The translations under genes and the position numbers were made by a program. From IMG/VR virus record IMGVR_UViG_3300031994_000064, positions 18,984 through 82,983 of that record: 64,000 nucleotides of DNA. One strand, 5' to 3'. Positions 28,694-39,096 of the stretch are shown here, piece after piece. The stretch's first letter is position 1. Each line of letters opens with the position of its first letter. The notes beneath the pieces were generated by a model. It searched no databases and was not told where the DNA came from. It worked only from the letters and a program-made list of their open reading frames with translations. The stretch comes from a virus. Lineage: Duplodnaviria; Caudoviricetes.

Positions 28694-29635
28694 TTATCCT
28701 TTCAAGTACAGCGCATTTGGGTCGAACATCGCCGACTTGTCTTGCTCTTCCCATGCTCCGTTAGCTTTTTTATACGCTTTGTTTACTGACTGCCATGTGC
28801 CGTTGACCTTGACCTTTATATCAGACGCTTCAACCCAGTTGCCGTTGCGCTTCACGAATATCTTGTTTCCTCGAAGATAAAAGTGAATGAAATGGTCTTC
28901 CGACACATTTGTCAAAGAGTATGTTGCGCTTACGCTGCCACCTGCCTGTGGCTCAAGCTGCGACGTGACATCAATGCCGTTATCCTCAATGATGACGTTT
29001 GTAAGGTCACCTAAAATGTCAAATGTCCTCCCGCCTCCAGCAACTATGTCAGCTCTACTCGGAGACATGAGCACTCCTGACACGTTGCTGACGGCCGCAA
29101 CCTCATACACAACCTGGTTGTAAGTGTAATTTACCGTCAGTGTAGCACCGTAAAAGCGGAAATTTGTAGTTGAATTAGCATTATTAGCATTGGTTGACCT
29201 TTTTGCATATAATCTTATACTAAGATTGTTAACTTCTTGAGCCGTCCACGAATCAGTATTGTTACTTAAAGTGGATATTGTTGACGTTGATGTTGTTACA
29301 GTTATTTCAGTTCCTTTCCCGACACCATTTGCGAACATCTGCATCTTTCTTTGTCCAGAAAGCAAAGTTGAAGTTTGTGTTGTAGAAATATATGCTTTTG
29401 CTTGACAAGTCAATGAATTTATCGTTGCTCCGGAAGGGACCAAATCGCTTGCAAAATCAAAATACATATATGTCTCGGCACTTACTCCGCGAGCAAGATA
29501 TATAGTTGCGTAAGTGGTGCTATCCGCTTCAGTATATCCTCTTGTCACGTTTGACACGGAATAAACTTCTGCCGAATCATAATGGTTAGACGATGGGTTA
29601 ACCGACTTGCTGTCTGTTATTGTCTCTGTTCTCAT
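28694..29635 (-). CDS. Virion-associated beta-rich protein
   Basis: ATG at 29635 overlaps upstream TAA (TAATG); T/S/N-rich. Confidence 0.55.
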   Translation of the reverse strand: MRTETITDSKSVNPSSNHYDSAEVYSVSNVTRGYTEADSTTYATIYLARGVSAETYMYFDFASDLVPSGATINSLTCQAKAYISTTQTSTLLSGQRKMQMFANGVGKGTEITVTTSTSTISTLSNNTDSWTAQEVNNLSIRLYAKRSTNANNANSTTNFRFYGATLTVNYTYNQVVYEVAAVSNVSGVLMSPSRADIVAGGGRTFDILGDLTNVIIEDNGIDVTSQLEPQAGGSVSATYSLTNVSEDHFIHFYLRGNKIFVKRNGNWVEASDIKVKVNGTWQSVNKAYKKANGAWEEQDKSAMFDPNALYLKG

Positions 29636-32103
29636 TACGATTGTATTTGTATATAAATGTCGCCGTCGGCACCAAGCGAGCTTGACGGTGCTGATGTCCC
29701 GCTGTAAATGGTAACAGGTTTTGTCCACTCGACATCGGTTTCTGTACTGTTCACGGTAAGCACTTTGCCAGCGTTGTTGTCTAAAGACGGCAGCTCAAAC
29801 TCGTCCGTTATGCCGATACCGGTCATGTATATATGCGCGGCTTTGGCTTCACCGTTGTTGCCTGTGTTAAGGTACATGAACATCGCACCTTCCGGGACTT
29901 TGAACGTTCTCTTTCCGCCAACGGCGACAGACACGGTAGTTTCCCACCCGTCTGAATAATCGGGCGTTGTGCCGTATGTTGTGGATTCATAGCTGTCGAG
30001 AAAAGCTATATATGCCGCAGTTGACGAATTTGACTCCACAGTGACTTCCCTTATGTCAGCGACAGGCACAATCCAATGTTTGTAAGTCGATGATGACACC
30101 CATTTTCCAGACGCTGTAGCTATATAGTTGTTATGCGATTCATATTCGTTGTCAAGCCGCGAAACGATGTCTTTCTTGTTCCAAAGTTTGCGTAATTCAA
30201 TTCCAATCGTTTTGTTTTGAACAGGATTAGTGCTTGTTTCGGATATTTCTGTGTCAACGACAAGCCGTTGCTGAATATCAAATGTGAAAAATTTCCAGCC
30301 ATCTGTAGTTGTATATCTTAACACGTGATATTTTACTGTTAAAACTGATGTTGAAGATGTGGTTTGCGAAAATCCAGTGAAAACAACAAACGGATTAGAA
30401 TTTGCTTGATTCAAAAGCAAAAAGTCTGTCGTAGGATACGATAGTTTGCAAATGACAATTTTGTTCGCATCTTTCGCTTCCACAATTTCAGCTGGTGTTT
30501 TGTCCATCGTGTTGTTTGAAATGTCATAATTGCATACAAACACTTCTTCTGTGTCGCCCCCACTTTGCTCTACCCATTCAACTCCAGTAGCTTCGCTGTT
30601 GACTGCAAGGACCTTGCCAGAGTTGTCGTCAATTGACGGATAATCCGACAAGTCATCAAGTTTGTTGGTTATTCCGATGCCTGTAAACAACAAAGAGACG
30701 GGTGTCGATCCAAAACCAAGATATAGATATTGTGCATCTTTAGGTACTTTATAAGTATGCGTACCTAAACGGTAATCCTTTCTTCCAGAATAACCTTCTG
30801 CATAAGTTGATGACGGCGGTGTACCTTCCGTATAAGTTTTTAGAAATGTGTAGTGACTACTTACGTTTGGGTCTGATGTAATTGTAAATTCTTTAATGTC
30901 GTTACACGGTATTATACAATGTTTGATTGTTGTGCTGTTTGTCCAAGTGCCGCTGGAGTTTATATACCCATTCTTTTTTTGATATTCATTATCGATTCTT
31001 CCAACTATTTCTTTCTTGTTCCACAGCTTTCTCAACTCAATACCGATTACTTGGTTTTGCACAGGATTTGTGCTTGTTTCGGATATTTCTGTGTCAACTG
31101 TCACATTGTCGCCTATTGTCAAATCACCGCTACCAAGAAGGCTGTTGCCGTTGATGGTTTTAATGTTCTGACCTGTGCCAGTCCCAATGAGTAATTCTTG
31201 AGCACGGAATTTGAAATAATTCCATTTTGATGAAGAATCATAATAAAGACTATATACGTCACTACCATCAATATGGGTAAAAAACAATTGAAATGTGCCT
31301 TCTTTTGAATCCTCAACATAACCAATACAGTGATATAGTAGACGTTCATTCTTGCTTGACTGAATTATTGGATTAATTCCAATAACACACTTTGTCTCCG
31401 TTTTCAAAGCCGCAAGAATATTTGCTGGTGTCATGCTTGACGTGTACAAACCTCCAGATAAAGTCCAAGTAAAATAAACCACTTCTGTCGGAACATCGTT
31501 CAGCGTAATAAAATTAGTGTCATTGGTGAAGTAACTCAAAGCAGCTGGCAACCCAATCAAATCGGAATATGTACCTGTCTTCGCTACTTTGTGCAAATTG
31601 ACCGTTCCGCTCAACGCTTCTGACGAGCTTGTTGACTGCGCTGTTGTGTTTGTCGTGTTCAACGTGCCGGGTGCGGAAGGTATTGTCGGCTTGTTCTTGA
31701 TATAGTCGTCTTTGGTGTTGTCGCTCTGGTTCCAGTCTGATTGTACGTTCTTCTCCGCACCCGCTTCGATGTCCGCCAACTTGCTTTTCTCTGTTGTGGT
31801 GTAGTTGTTGTCGGTATGAACGTATCCCGCATCAGTTACGATATTCTGCGGCTTGTTCTTGATGTATGCGGGGTCTGTCGCGTCAGTTTCGCTCCAATCG
31901 GACTGTTCTTGCTCGGGTATGTTTTGCAAAGCATTGTACACGCCGCCGCTTGTTATCGGGTTTGTGCTGCCGCTCGTGGGTGTGGTGTCAACTGTTTCTG
32001 GGACAAGGTACATTTCCGTGTCTGACGGAGATTGTATCTGTTCGTACTGCGCTTCTGACAGCACGTTTATTTTTAAATCGTTTACTTGGGTGTCTGTGGG
32101 CAT
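29635..32103 (-). CDS. Tail fibre-like protein with internal repeats
   Basis: DYIKNKP repeats, NIKTING motif, duplicated VDTEISETSTNPVQN module. Confidence 0.7.
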   Translation of the reverse strand: MPTDTQVNDLKINVLSEAQYEQIQSPSDTEMYLVPETVDTTPTSGSTNPITSGGVYNALQNIPEQEQSDWSETDATDPAYIKNKPQNIVTDAGYVHTDNNYTTTEKSKLADIEAGAEKNVQSDWNQSDNTKDDYIKNKPTIPSAPGTLNTTNTTAQSTSSSEALSGTVNLHKVAKTGTYSDLIGLPAALSYFTNDTNFITLNDVPTEVVYFTWTLSGGLYTSSMTPANILAALKTETKCVIGINPIIQSSKNERLLYHCIGYVEDSKEGTFQLFFTHIDGSDVYSLYYDSSSKWNYFKFRAQELLIGTGTGQNIKTINGNSLLGSGDLTIGDNVTVDTEISETSTNPVQNQVIGIELRKLWNKKEIVGRIDNEYQKKNGYINSSGTWTNSTTIKHCIIPCNDIKEFTITSDPNVSSHYTFLKTYTEGTPPSSTYAEGYSGRKDYRLGTHTYKVPKDAQYLYLGFGSTPVSLLFTGIGITNKLDDLSDYPSIDDNSGKVLAVNSEATGVEWVEQSGGDTEEVFVCNYDISNNTMDKTPAEIVEAKDANKIVICKLSYPTTDFLLLNQANSNPFVVFTGFSQTTSSTSVLTVKYHVLRYTTTDGWKFFTFDIQQRLVVDTEISETSTNPVQNKTIGIELRKLWNKKDIVSRLDNEYESHNNYIATASGKWVSSSTYKHWIVPVADIREVTVESNSSTAAYIAFLDSYESTTYGTTPDYSDGWETTVSVAVGGKRTFKVPEGAMFMYLNTGNNGEAKAAHIYMTGIGITDEFELPSLDNNAGKVLTVNSTETDVEWTKPVTIYSGTSAPSSSLGADGDIYIQIQS
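30230..30258. repeat. 29-nt exact direct repeat (second copy 31070-31098)
   Basis: GTGCTTGTTTCGGATATTTCTGTGTCAAC at both positions. Confidence 0.9.
31700..31725. repeat. 26-nt exact repeat shared by two fibre genes (second copy 33051-33076)
   Basis: ATATAGTCGTCTTTGGTGTTGTCGCT at both positions. Confidence 0.9.
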
Positions 32104-32130
32104 ATATTTGTGTTTTTTATATTTTATTCG

Positions 32131-32790
32131 TCAATTCGGCATAACGGTGATATTGAATGAAGCTATGGCTGTTTCATCGCAATCATTCTCCGCAAACAAA
32201 CTGATGTTGTGCGGAACATAATGACCGTCTATTAATACCGATTCTTGGTAATGGTCGTCTGGTGTTTTCCCCGCTATATTCTCGAAATAACCGTTCGCCC
32301 TTGTGCTTGGGTGTATCATCGACAAATCAACAGTGGCATAATTCTGCCCTGCGTCACAATACACGGTTATATCATTCGGCACGTTCAGCCACTCAAGTTC
32401 AACGGGCGATTTCAATTCCACGTCCACGTGCCCAATCCTGCCGTTAGCATCCTTTGCGTATATCGTCTTGTGGCACACGACAATGCCTCCGTATTGGTCT
32501 GTGCTTTCGTATACAGTACCCGAAACGGAAAGCCCGCTGAAAACACCCGTGCTGTTCGTGGTTGTGAAATTCGGTTCTAACGAATAGACATAAGGTGCTG
32601 TACCGCCGCTCGCGGAAACAGTTATGCTTCCATCCGCACCGTCAAAGCAGGTCACGTCTTTATGCGCAGATACGTTTTCTGTCACAGTCAATGCGACACC
32701 AAGCACAAAAGAGCCTTTACCGCTGAACGATGGGCTTTTCAGCTTGTATCTGTTGCTTCCGTTATATAGTTTGTATCTTATCAGTGCCAT
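32131..32790 (-). CDS. SprB-repeat/Ig-like domain protein
   Basis: [26 protein letters not shown] motif. Confidence 0.65.
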   Translation of the reverse strand: MALIRYKLYNGSNRYKLKSPSFSGKGSFVLGVALTVTENVSAHKDVTCFDGADGSITVSASGGTAPYVYSLEPNFTTTNSTGVFSGLSVSGTVYESTDQYGGIVVCHKTIYAKDANGRIGHVDVELKSPVELEWLNVPNDITVYCDAGQNYATVDLSMIHPSTRANGYFENIAGKTPDDHYQESVLIDGHYVPHNISLFAENDCDETAIASFNITVMPN

Positions 32791-32791
32791 G

Positions 32792-34081
32792 TCACCAATG
32801 TCTGAATGTTACTGTCGTGAGTGTCGGCTTGTTTGACAAATCGTCATAGTCCCCGCTCGTGGCTACATTTGCCAAATTCGGCTTGTTGTTCAGTTGATTG
32901 TAATTTCCAGTAAACGCAACGGTGTTTAACGCTCCGTTTTCCCAGCATCGGTGTAGCTCGCTGTAAACAAGCACATCATAATCATCGGGAAGATAAATGT
33001 CTGTATCATTTAAATCTTCAATGGAGGCTGGTATAGTCGGTTTGTTCTTTATATAGTCGTCTTTGGTGTTGTCGCTTTGATTCCAGTCAGACTGTACGTT
33101 TTTTTCCGCTCCCACCTCTATGCCGTCAAGTTTGGTTTTCATCGTCAACGTGAAAACCTTGTTGACATTCCCGTCAACGACCAAATCCGCTGACAGCGGG
33201 TTCTGTGGCGTTATCTCGCTCTGCAAGCCGGCAACCAGGTCTGCGACGGAAAACTCGATCGTGCTGCCGTTCTGAAGCGTCAAAACAACCTTCTTCGTGC
33301 TGTCGTCATAATAACCGCTGACTACAACGCTCTCCAACGGCAAGTCTATTGTCCCAGCACTACCGAGGTTGTTCCCGTCTTGGTCTTTCAGTTGGGCTGT
33401 CACGACAAAAGAAGAACTGTTCACGGACAGCGACAATGACGCACCATATTTCGTGCTTGACGGCAAGGCAGACACATCGTTTGCCGTAGTAGGAACAGTG
33501 ATGTTTATGGTTTTGTCAACAGACGCATTTGCCGTGAACGTGTCTATCGTAGTACTGTTTTTCTGAATGGTAAGCACTGCGTTGTTGACGGTCGGTATCG
33601 TCGGCTTGTTGAGCAAATCATCGTAGCTTCCAGTCTTTGAAACTTTATGCAGATTAACATCGCCGCTCAAAGATTCGCTTGCGGATGGAGTCTGTGCGGA
33701 TGTATTCGTGGTGTCCAGCGTACCCGCCATGCCTTGCCGCGTGTCGCTGTCCGTGAACGGAAGATTCCCGACGGTTGTAACACCGTCGCCGACCTTGTAT
33801 TTCGGGACAGGAATTGTCTGCCCGCCTTGTGTTATAGTTCCGCCGTCGGAATATATTATCTCCTCGCCTTTCTTCGGTATGTATGTCGCATGCTCCTCCC
33901 AATAGGCGGAGGTGTTTGTGTATCTGCCTATCTGTTCTCCAGAAAGCGGCTCTTTCAAAGAAGGCACATATTTGTCCGGCGTTGTCACGCTTGCAACAAT
34001 GTTGCCGTCTTGGTCAACGGCTGTCAAGTCGCTTCTGAACACCATCAAGCCGTCTATGTCAAAAGATTCTTTCGTCGGCAT
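32792..34081 (-). CDS. Tail fibre-like protein
   Basis: [34 protein letters not shown] motifs. Confidence 0.7.
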   Translation of the reverse strand: MPTKESFDIDGLMVFRSDLTAVDQDGNIVASVTTPDKYVPSLKEPLSGEQIGRYTNTSAYWEEHATYIPKKGEEIIYSDGGTITQGGQTIPVPKYKVGDGVTTVGNLPFTDSDTRQGMAGTLDTTNTSAQTPSASESLSGDVNLHKVSKTGSYDDLLNKPTIPTVNNAVLTIQKNSTTIDTFTANASVDKTINITVPTTANDVSALPSSTKYGASLSLSVNSSSFVVTAQLKDQDGNNLGSAGTIDLPLESVVVSGYYDDSTKKVVLTLQNGSTIEFSVADLVAGLQSEITPQNPLSADLVVDGNVNKVFTLTMKTKLDGIEVGAEKNVQSDWNQSDNTKDDYIKNKPTIPASIEDLNDTDIYLPDDYDVLVYSELHRCWENGALNTVAFTGNYNQLNNKPNLANVATSGDYDDLSNKPTLTTVTFRHW

Positions 34082-34111
34082 ATACTGTTTTTGAAAGGTT
34101 GTTGAAAAAAA

Positions 34112-34948
34112 TTATTGATTATCTCCGCCGAATCCGTTTGTGTTGCCCATCCATTCCGCGATTTCGTAGGCATCGTCGTAGGTCGTTTCGCCTGCCGTGA
34201 TAGGAGGTGTCGGGAATGCGAAGTTGAGCGTTGTGCCGTCGTCGGACATGTCGAATGTGCAGCCCGAGTACATGCTGTCGCAGCCGCCGTAGCCGATGGT
34301 GGTCAGTTGTGGAATATTAGCCGCAGCTGTGAGGGAGGTGCAGCCCGAGTACATGAAGTCGCAGCCGTAGTCGCCAATAGAGGTGATAGTGTCCATCGCA
34401 GGAGGCGTGAGCAGGACAGGCTCAACGTCTTCACCAATGATTGCAAACAAGTTCATAAAACCGTAATCAGGAACTTCCGTTAATTCCATTGTCTTGTCAA
34501 GAAGCGACATTATATTCCCGCCTGCTGAAACGCTGCCATCAATGACAAAATTGGTGAAACTCGGCGTTTCTTGTCCTTCAACAATAGCTCCTAATCCATT
34601 CGGGTTGTTGCCTCTGATGAAAAGTCTTTCCCCGACAGAATACAACAACTTTCCATCAAATCTATGAACTCCATCTATTGTTGTATAGTGCCACTGATGC
34701 CATTCTTTTCTGTCCCAGCTCCACTCAAAGTTCGGTGCGGTTTCAAGCGTTGAAACAAAGCCTACATGACTGTTGATTGCAAGATTATCAAAATAAAGCG
34801 GCAACATTTCCGGCTCTGGTTCTACTGGCGTAAAACTGCCATCGTGAATCGTTTTCATCAGCTTGCCGTCTTCCAAGTAAACGGTCTTGTGCCATTTGCA
34901 TTTCGGGTTTTCTATGTCAAGTCTTCCGACCTCTTTTCTGCGTTCCAT
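34112..34948 (-). CDS. BspA-like leucine-rich-repeat protein
   Basis: GGNIMSLLD and MYSGCTSLTAA repeat motifs. Confidence 0.65.
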   Translation of the reverse strand: MERRKEVGRLDIENPKCKWHKTVYLEDGKLMKTIHDGSFTPVEPEPEMLPLYFDNLAINSHVGFVSTLETAPNFEWSWDRKEWHQWHYTTIDGVHRFDGKLLYSVGERLFIRGNNPNGLGAIVEGQETPSFTNFVIDGSVSAGGNIMSLLDKTMELTEVPDYGFMNLFAIIGEDVEPVLLTPPAMDTITSIGDYGCDFMYSGCTSLTAAANIPQLTTIGYGGCDSMYSGCTFDMSDDGTTLNFAFPTPPITAGETTYDDAYEIAEWMGNTNGFGGDNQ

Positions 34949-35077
34949 ATTCTCGGTTTTATAAAACTAAAATCTTTTTCTCTGCGCTCTGTGTCGCGGG
35001 TTTCTTGACTCTCTTTGTTTGATTTTCCTTATGTGGTTTGACTTTCCCATTGAAACATCCGCAAAACAAAAACACCG

Positions 35078-35085
35078 CAAAAATA
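35078..35085 (-). promoter_or_regulatory. -7 box of tail fibre operon
   Basis: TATTTTTG. Confidence 0.6.
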
Positions 35086-35135
35086 CAAAAATATTGTATA
35101 ATCGCGGTGTTGTAACACAAAAAAACTGTTTTCCG

Positions 35136-35534
35136 TCAAAATTCCCTTGCCACTTCAAGAACTGAATCCGACATTTCAGCCATCAAGTCGCCAAGCATAT
35201 AGCAGAATTCCTCTTCGGTCAGCTTTATAACAAAAGCTTTCGTGATGTGGGAGCATATATGGGCGACCTCGTGGCTTAACGTGTTTATGAACTCTTTGAA
35301 GCTTGTAGTCTTGTAAACGACAGCCACGGACGAGCGGTATTCGGGCGAGGAATACGTAAGACCCGTGTCTTTCGCGCAGTTCATCATGCTGTATTCGGCA
35401 TCAAGAAGATGATGCTTGTCGCAGCCTATCTGCTCAAGAGCGTCAAGAACCAAGTCTGTCTTCTCGCAATCGAAATCCACAAACACATCTACACGCCATC
35501 CGTAGCGCGGTATGAAAACGGTTTCTTTTGTCAT
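35136..35534 (-). CDS. Small protein with HExxH zinc-binding motif
   Basis: TLSHEVAHIC. Confidence 0.55.
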   Translation of the reverse strand: MTKETVFIPRYGWRVDVFVDFDCEKTDLVLDALEQIGCDKHHLLDAEYSMMNCAKDTGLTYSSPEYRSSVAVVYKTTSFKEFINTLSHEVAHICSHITKAFVIKLTEEEFCYMLGDLMAEMSDSVLEVAREF

Positions 35535-35965
35535 AGCATTTCCTCCCATTCGATAGGTTCGCCGTTGTTCACGCAATCGTAGAAAAATCTGCTGAATACA
35601 TGACCGTCAGCTTGGTCGGGGTCGTCAACATAATCCTTGACGAAAAGAGCAAGGTGCTGCTCGTCGGGAACAGAACTGCCGAGGTAATCGGCTGTCCCCA
35701 TGCTCCATGTATAGACACCATCGTACATCACATCGTTGTCTAAAACGATGCCGTACTTGGTCATAACACTGTCGAAAACCTCTTTCGTGACGGGTGCAAC
35801 CTTCTCTTTCTTGCCGTTGGCTTTGTTGACCTTGTACATCTTCGACACGGCAAACTCATACATCTTCTTGTTGAAATGCTTGCCGTAATGCCGCAGATAG
35901 TTTATCATCTCGGTCGGAAATTCATCGTATAAATCAAGCGGTTGTCTGTTCTTTGCCATATCCAA
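35531..35965 (-). CDS. Hypothetical protein
   Basis: ORF in co-oriented cassette. Confidence 0.6.
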   Translation of the reverse strand: MDMAKNRQPLDLYDEFPTEMINYLRHYGKHFNKKMYEFAVSKMYKVNKANGKKEKVAPVTKEVFDSVMTKYGIVLDNDVMYDGVYTWSMGTADYLGSSVPDEQHLALFVKDYVDDPDQADGHVFSRFFYDCVNNGEPIEWEEML

Positions 35966-35978
35966 GACTTTTTGATGT

Positions 35979-36263
35979 TTAGTACATGCCTCCGCGTCTG
36001 CGCCGTCTCTCGCTAATCATGTGGCGGATTTCGTCGCCTTCGTCCATGTCACGGTTGCGGTCGGAATCGTCATCGCGCATACCGACATTCATCGGCATAC
36101 GTCTGCCGTATCTGCCTCCATCAGAACCTCTGCGCTCGCCGTAGAACTCATCTTCCATTTTAGAGATGCAGTGCATCAGCTCGCCGCCAGCCAAAAGCAT
36201 GTCTTCTACAAGGCTCGAAAGCTTGTCAATCTTCTTTTCGCTTATTTCAATGACTCTTGCCAT
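35979..36263 (-). CDS. Hypothetical protein with R/G/D/M-rich tail
   Basis: ORF in cassette. Confidence 0.6.
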   Translation of the reverse strand: MARVIEISEKKIDKLSSLVEDMLLAGGELMHCISKMEDEFYGERRGSDGGRYGRRMPMNVGMRDDDSDRNRDMDEGDEIRHMISERRRRRGGMY

Positions 36264-36282
36264 ATTTTACTCCTTTCTTGTT

Positions 36283-36792
36283 TTAAGAAACCAAAGACTT
36301 GATGTTCTTGCTCATCTCGGCAAGCATCGCCTCCATACTGTTCATCCTTGTTTCAAGGGTGTTCATCTTGTTCTCCCTCTCCTGCTCTTTGGCGATAGAT
36401 GGGTTCAGCTGTGCGCTTATCAAGTCGCACTGTTCGATGATTTTTCGGTCGTTGTCTATGCCCTCGATGCGCTTGCGGCTACTGTCGCGCATAGCGTCAA
36501 TCTCGGCGCATACAGCGTCTTTGCTCTCTGAAATCAAGATGCCGTTCTCTCCGTAAATCGAAAGGTTCGATGGCACTTTCTTGAAATCCACGTTCTGCCC
36601 GTCAATGTCAACTGTGATGTCAACCGTGGTTTCGACGCCGTTAATTAACGGGTTCAGCGGGTTCACGTTCGGCGAGTATTTAGGCACGGGGGTCGTGACC
36701 GCCGACACTCTGCCGGTCTTGAATACGATGTTGGGCAACGCCCTTTTGTCCAATATGTAGATTAAATTTGTCTGCCTTAAAGTGCTAAACAT
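36283..36792 (-). CDS. Hypothetical protein with C-terminal coiled coil
   Basis: ORF in cassette. Confidence 0.6.
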   Translation of the reverse strand: MFSTLRQTNLIYILDKRALPNIVFKTGRVSAVTTPVPKYSPNVNPLNPLINGVETTVDITVDIDGQNVDFKKVPSNLSIYGENGILISESKDAVCAEIDAMRDSSRKRIEGIDNDRKIIEQCDLISAQLNPSIAKEQERENKMNTLETRMNSMEAMLAEMSKNIKSLVS

Positions 36793-36844
36793 AGTCTTTG
36801 GTTTTTTTGTTAATAATTAGGTTTGTTTGTTTTGAAATTTTTTG

Positions 36845-36852
36845 TATCTTTG
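36845..36852 (+). promoter_or_regulatory. -7 box of HNH gene, followed by structured leader (GGGTCGA 36864-70 / TCGACCC 36920-26)
   Basis: TATCTTTG. Confidence 0.65.
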
Positions 36853-36963
36853 CACCCATAATTGGGTCGATAGTTCAGACTTGCAAACTGAATGACAAGG
36901 AGATAAGTCAACGGCTCTTTCGACCCTCTATTTTATCGTTGGCATCATCAAAATCGTTGACAA

Positions 36964-37614
36964 ATGACAAACGAAGAATTTATTGAGAGCATCAGACTCC
37001 CGAATGAGGAGTGGAGATACGTTGTTGGCTATGAAGACCGCTACATGGTATCGTCTTTTGGTAGAGTTGCAAGAAAAATGATAGTGTATAATCAATGCAA
37101 CAAATATCATACAGTTGTCCTTAATCAAAAAATTTTGAAACCTTTCATTAAAACAACAAGGAACAACCAATATGAAGAAATAGGTTTAACCGTATCAAGA
37201 AAAAAGACAAACCTTAAAGTGCATAGACTTGTTGCAATGGCTTTTATCGAAAATCAAGACAACAAACCAAAAATAGACCATATAGACGGAAACGGGCTAA
37301 ACAATCACGTTGAAAATCTTCGTTGGTGCACTCATCTTGAAAATGTTAACAACCCTATCACAAAAAAAAGACAATCTGAAGCTCGAAAAAACAGAAGATT
37401 TCCTGTTTATTGGAAAGCAGTTGTTTGTGTATTCAAAGATGGCAGCACAAAACAATTCAATTCTATTACAGACGCGGAAAAAGAAGGTTATCAAAGGGCT
37501 TCAATTATACATTCTTGCAAAAGAAAAGATATAATTCCGAGAAAATTCAAATGGTATTATTTAGACGATTACCAAAAACTCATATCATCCAGCGATGTCA
37601 AAGAACTATCGTAA
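36964..37614 (+). CDS. NUMOD4-HNH homing endonuclease
   Basis: EEWRYVVGYEDRYMVSSFGRV, VHRLVAMAFI, IDHIDGNGLNNHVENLRW, C-terminal NUMOD1-like; low GC, antisense to neighbours. Confidence 0.9.
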   Translation: MTNEEFIESIRLPNEEWRYVVGYEDRYMVSSFGRVARKMIVYNQCNKYHTVVLNQKILKPFIKTTRNNQYEEIGLTVSRKKTNLKVHRLVAMAFIENQDNKPKIDHIDGNGLNNHVENLRWCTHLENVNNPITKKRQSEARKNRRFPVYWKAVVCVFKDGSTKQFNSITDAEKEGYQRASIIHSCKRKDIIPRKFKWYYLDDYQKLISSSDVKELS

Positions 37615-37625
37615 AATGGCTAATA

Positions 37626-37958
37626 CTACGCCGTCAGCGGTGATGTAAGTTGCAAGATATTGTTGAACTTGTCGTTAAACAATTGCAAAATACCTGTGCC
37701 GTCCAAATCGGCAGCGGTCACGGCTACACCGTTGAAATAGGTCAGCGGTCTTGTAATTCCGTTAAGCGTCAAAGTTATCGGAAGTGTGCCAGTAGTACCA
37801 GTAGGAATAGCATCCGTGATACGTATGGTCAAATATCCAACAGGAGGTATGCGACGGAAACCAAGCGCAAAATTGACAGCCGTGTCACTTACCGTAGTGT
37901 TAAATGTCGGCAAGTAGCTTATGCCTTGAACATTAGTGGTTACGTTTACGCATCCCAT
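37626..37958 (-). CDS. Hypothetical beta-rich protein
   Basis: ORF in cassette. Confidence 0.6.
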   Translation of the reverse strand: MGCVNVTTNVQGISYLPTFNTTVSDTAVNFALGFRRIPPVGYLTIRITDAIPTGTTGTLPITLTLNGITRPLTYFNGVAVTAADLDGTGILQLFNDKFNNILQLTSPLTA

Positions 37959-37973
37959 ATCAAACCTCCCTTC

Positions 37974-38954
37974 TTAAAACGCGATACCGTTGTTCCAGCC
38001 GTTACCGAAGAATCCGCCGTTCCAACCGAAATTATTCATATTCGGTGTTGCATTGTAAACCCCAACTTGTGGGTACTCCACGTTAATAGTCGCGGGTAAT
38101 TTGCATTTAATGTCGTCAACCTCGCGGGCGATGCCGTTGATTGCGGCGTTCAGCGGGGCGACAGCCTGTTGCACGATACCTGCGGTGAAGTTCTGCGACT
38201 CAAGTTTGGCGACCTGTGCCGTGAGAGCGGTGATTTCGCGGTCTTTGCGGCTTGATTCAAGAGCGTCAATCTTGTTGTCAAGCAACTGATAGTTGCGGTT
38301 CATCGTGTCAACGAGCAACTGGCTTTGTTTGCAGTCAGACAGTTCCTGCGCGGCTTTGGTGGCTGCGATATTCTGGTTGACTGCGGCAAAACCGTTGTTG
38401 ATAGCACCCGTCTGTTCCACGGTGCGCAACTGTGACTGGTAGCCTTGTTCGGTGACGAGCAGTTTATTTTCGCAACAGCACTGGGCAAAGGTCGCTGCGA
38501 GGTCTTTGTTGCCGCTGCAAATCTGATTGATAATTTGCAACGGAGTTGTTGCGTTCTGAATTGCCATGTTGTTCAAGATTCCGTTGATAGCACCGAACTG
38601 TGCGCTGACGGTTGCGAAGTCTTGACCGAGCATATTGCTTACTGTCTGGATAGCTTGACGGCTCTGCTCTCCGTTAGAGCTGATGGCTTGAATAAGCAAA
38701 TCAGTGTTGTTGTTTGCGGTCGCCTGTGCGCCAAGAGCAGCAGCGGCAGCACCGCCACCGTTCATGCCAAAGCCATTTCCACCAATCCAGTTGCCGAGTG
38801 CGCTACCGAGAAAACCGCCGATGCCTGCTCCCCAGAAGTTTCCGCCTCCGAAACCGTTACCCCAGCCACCGTTGTTGCCATAAGCCAACCATGCGGGAAC
38901 GGAGTTGTTTCCTTCGTTGCCGAAAACATAAGTTTTTGAAGTTTCACTTTCCAT
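37974..38954 (-). CDS. G/N-rich low-complexity protein with CCC motif
   Basis: GGWGNGFGGG repeats, AQCCCEN, C-terminal FGWNGGFFGNGW; ATG 38954 preferred. Confidence 0.7.
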   Translation of the reverse strand: MESETSKTYVFGNEGNNSVPAWLAYGNNGGWGNGFGGGNFWGAGIGGFLGSALGNWIGGNGFGMNGGGAAAAALGAQATANNNTDLLIQAISSNGEQSRQAIQTVSNMLGQDFATVSAQFGAINGILNNMAIQNATTPLQIINQICSGNKDLAATFAQCCCENKLLVTEQGYQSQLRTVEQTGAINNGFAAVNQNIAATKAAQELSDCKQSQLLVDTMNRNYQLLDNKIDALESSRKDREITALTAQVAKLESQNFTAGIVQQAVAPLNAAINGIAREVDDIKCKLPATINVEYPQVGVYNATPNMNNFGWNGGFFGNGWNNGIAF

Positions 38955-39034
38955 ATTATTTACTATTAAAAGGTTAAATCGCCCTCTTTCGCCTTCGGGC
39001 ATTGGCTGTAAGCTTACGGATGCAAAGAAAATAC

Positions 39035-39067
39035 AAAAAACCCGCGACGAAAAATTATCGACGCGGG
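39035..39067 (-). terminator. Probable terminator or operator hairpin
   Basis: CCCGCG..CGCGGG stem followed by T6 on minus strand. Confidence 0.55.
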
Positions 39068-39096
39068 AAAAATACAAAGTAATGAGATAGAAAAAG

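Noticed and set aside
28694-34948. Diversity-generating retroelement acting on fibre genes
   Set aside because: No reverse transcriptase in the window, and repeat pairs differ at synonymous positions of all bases rather than at adenines only
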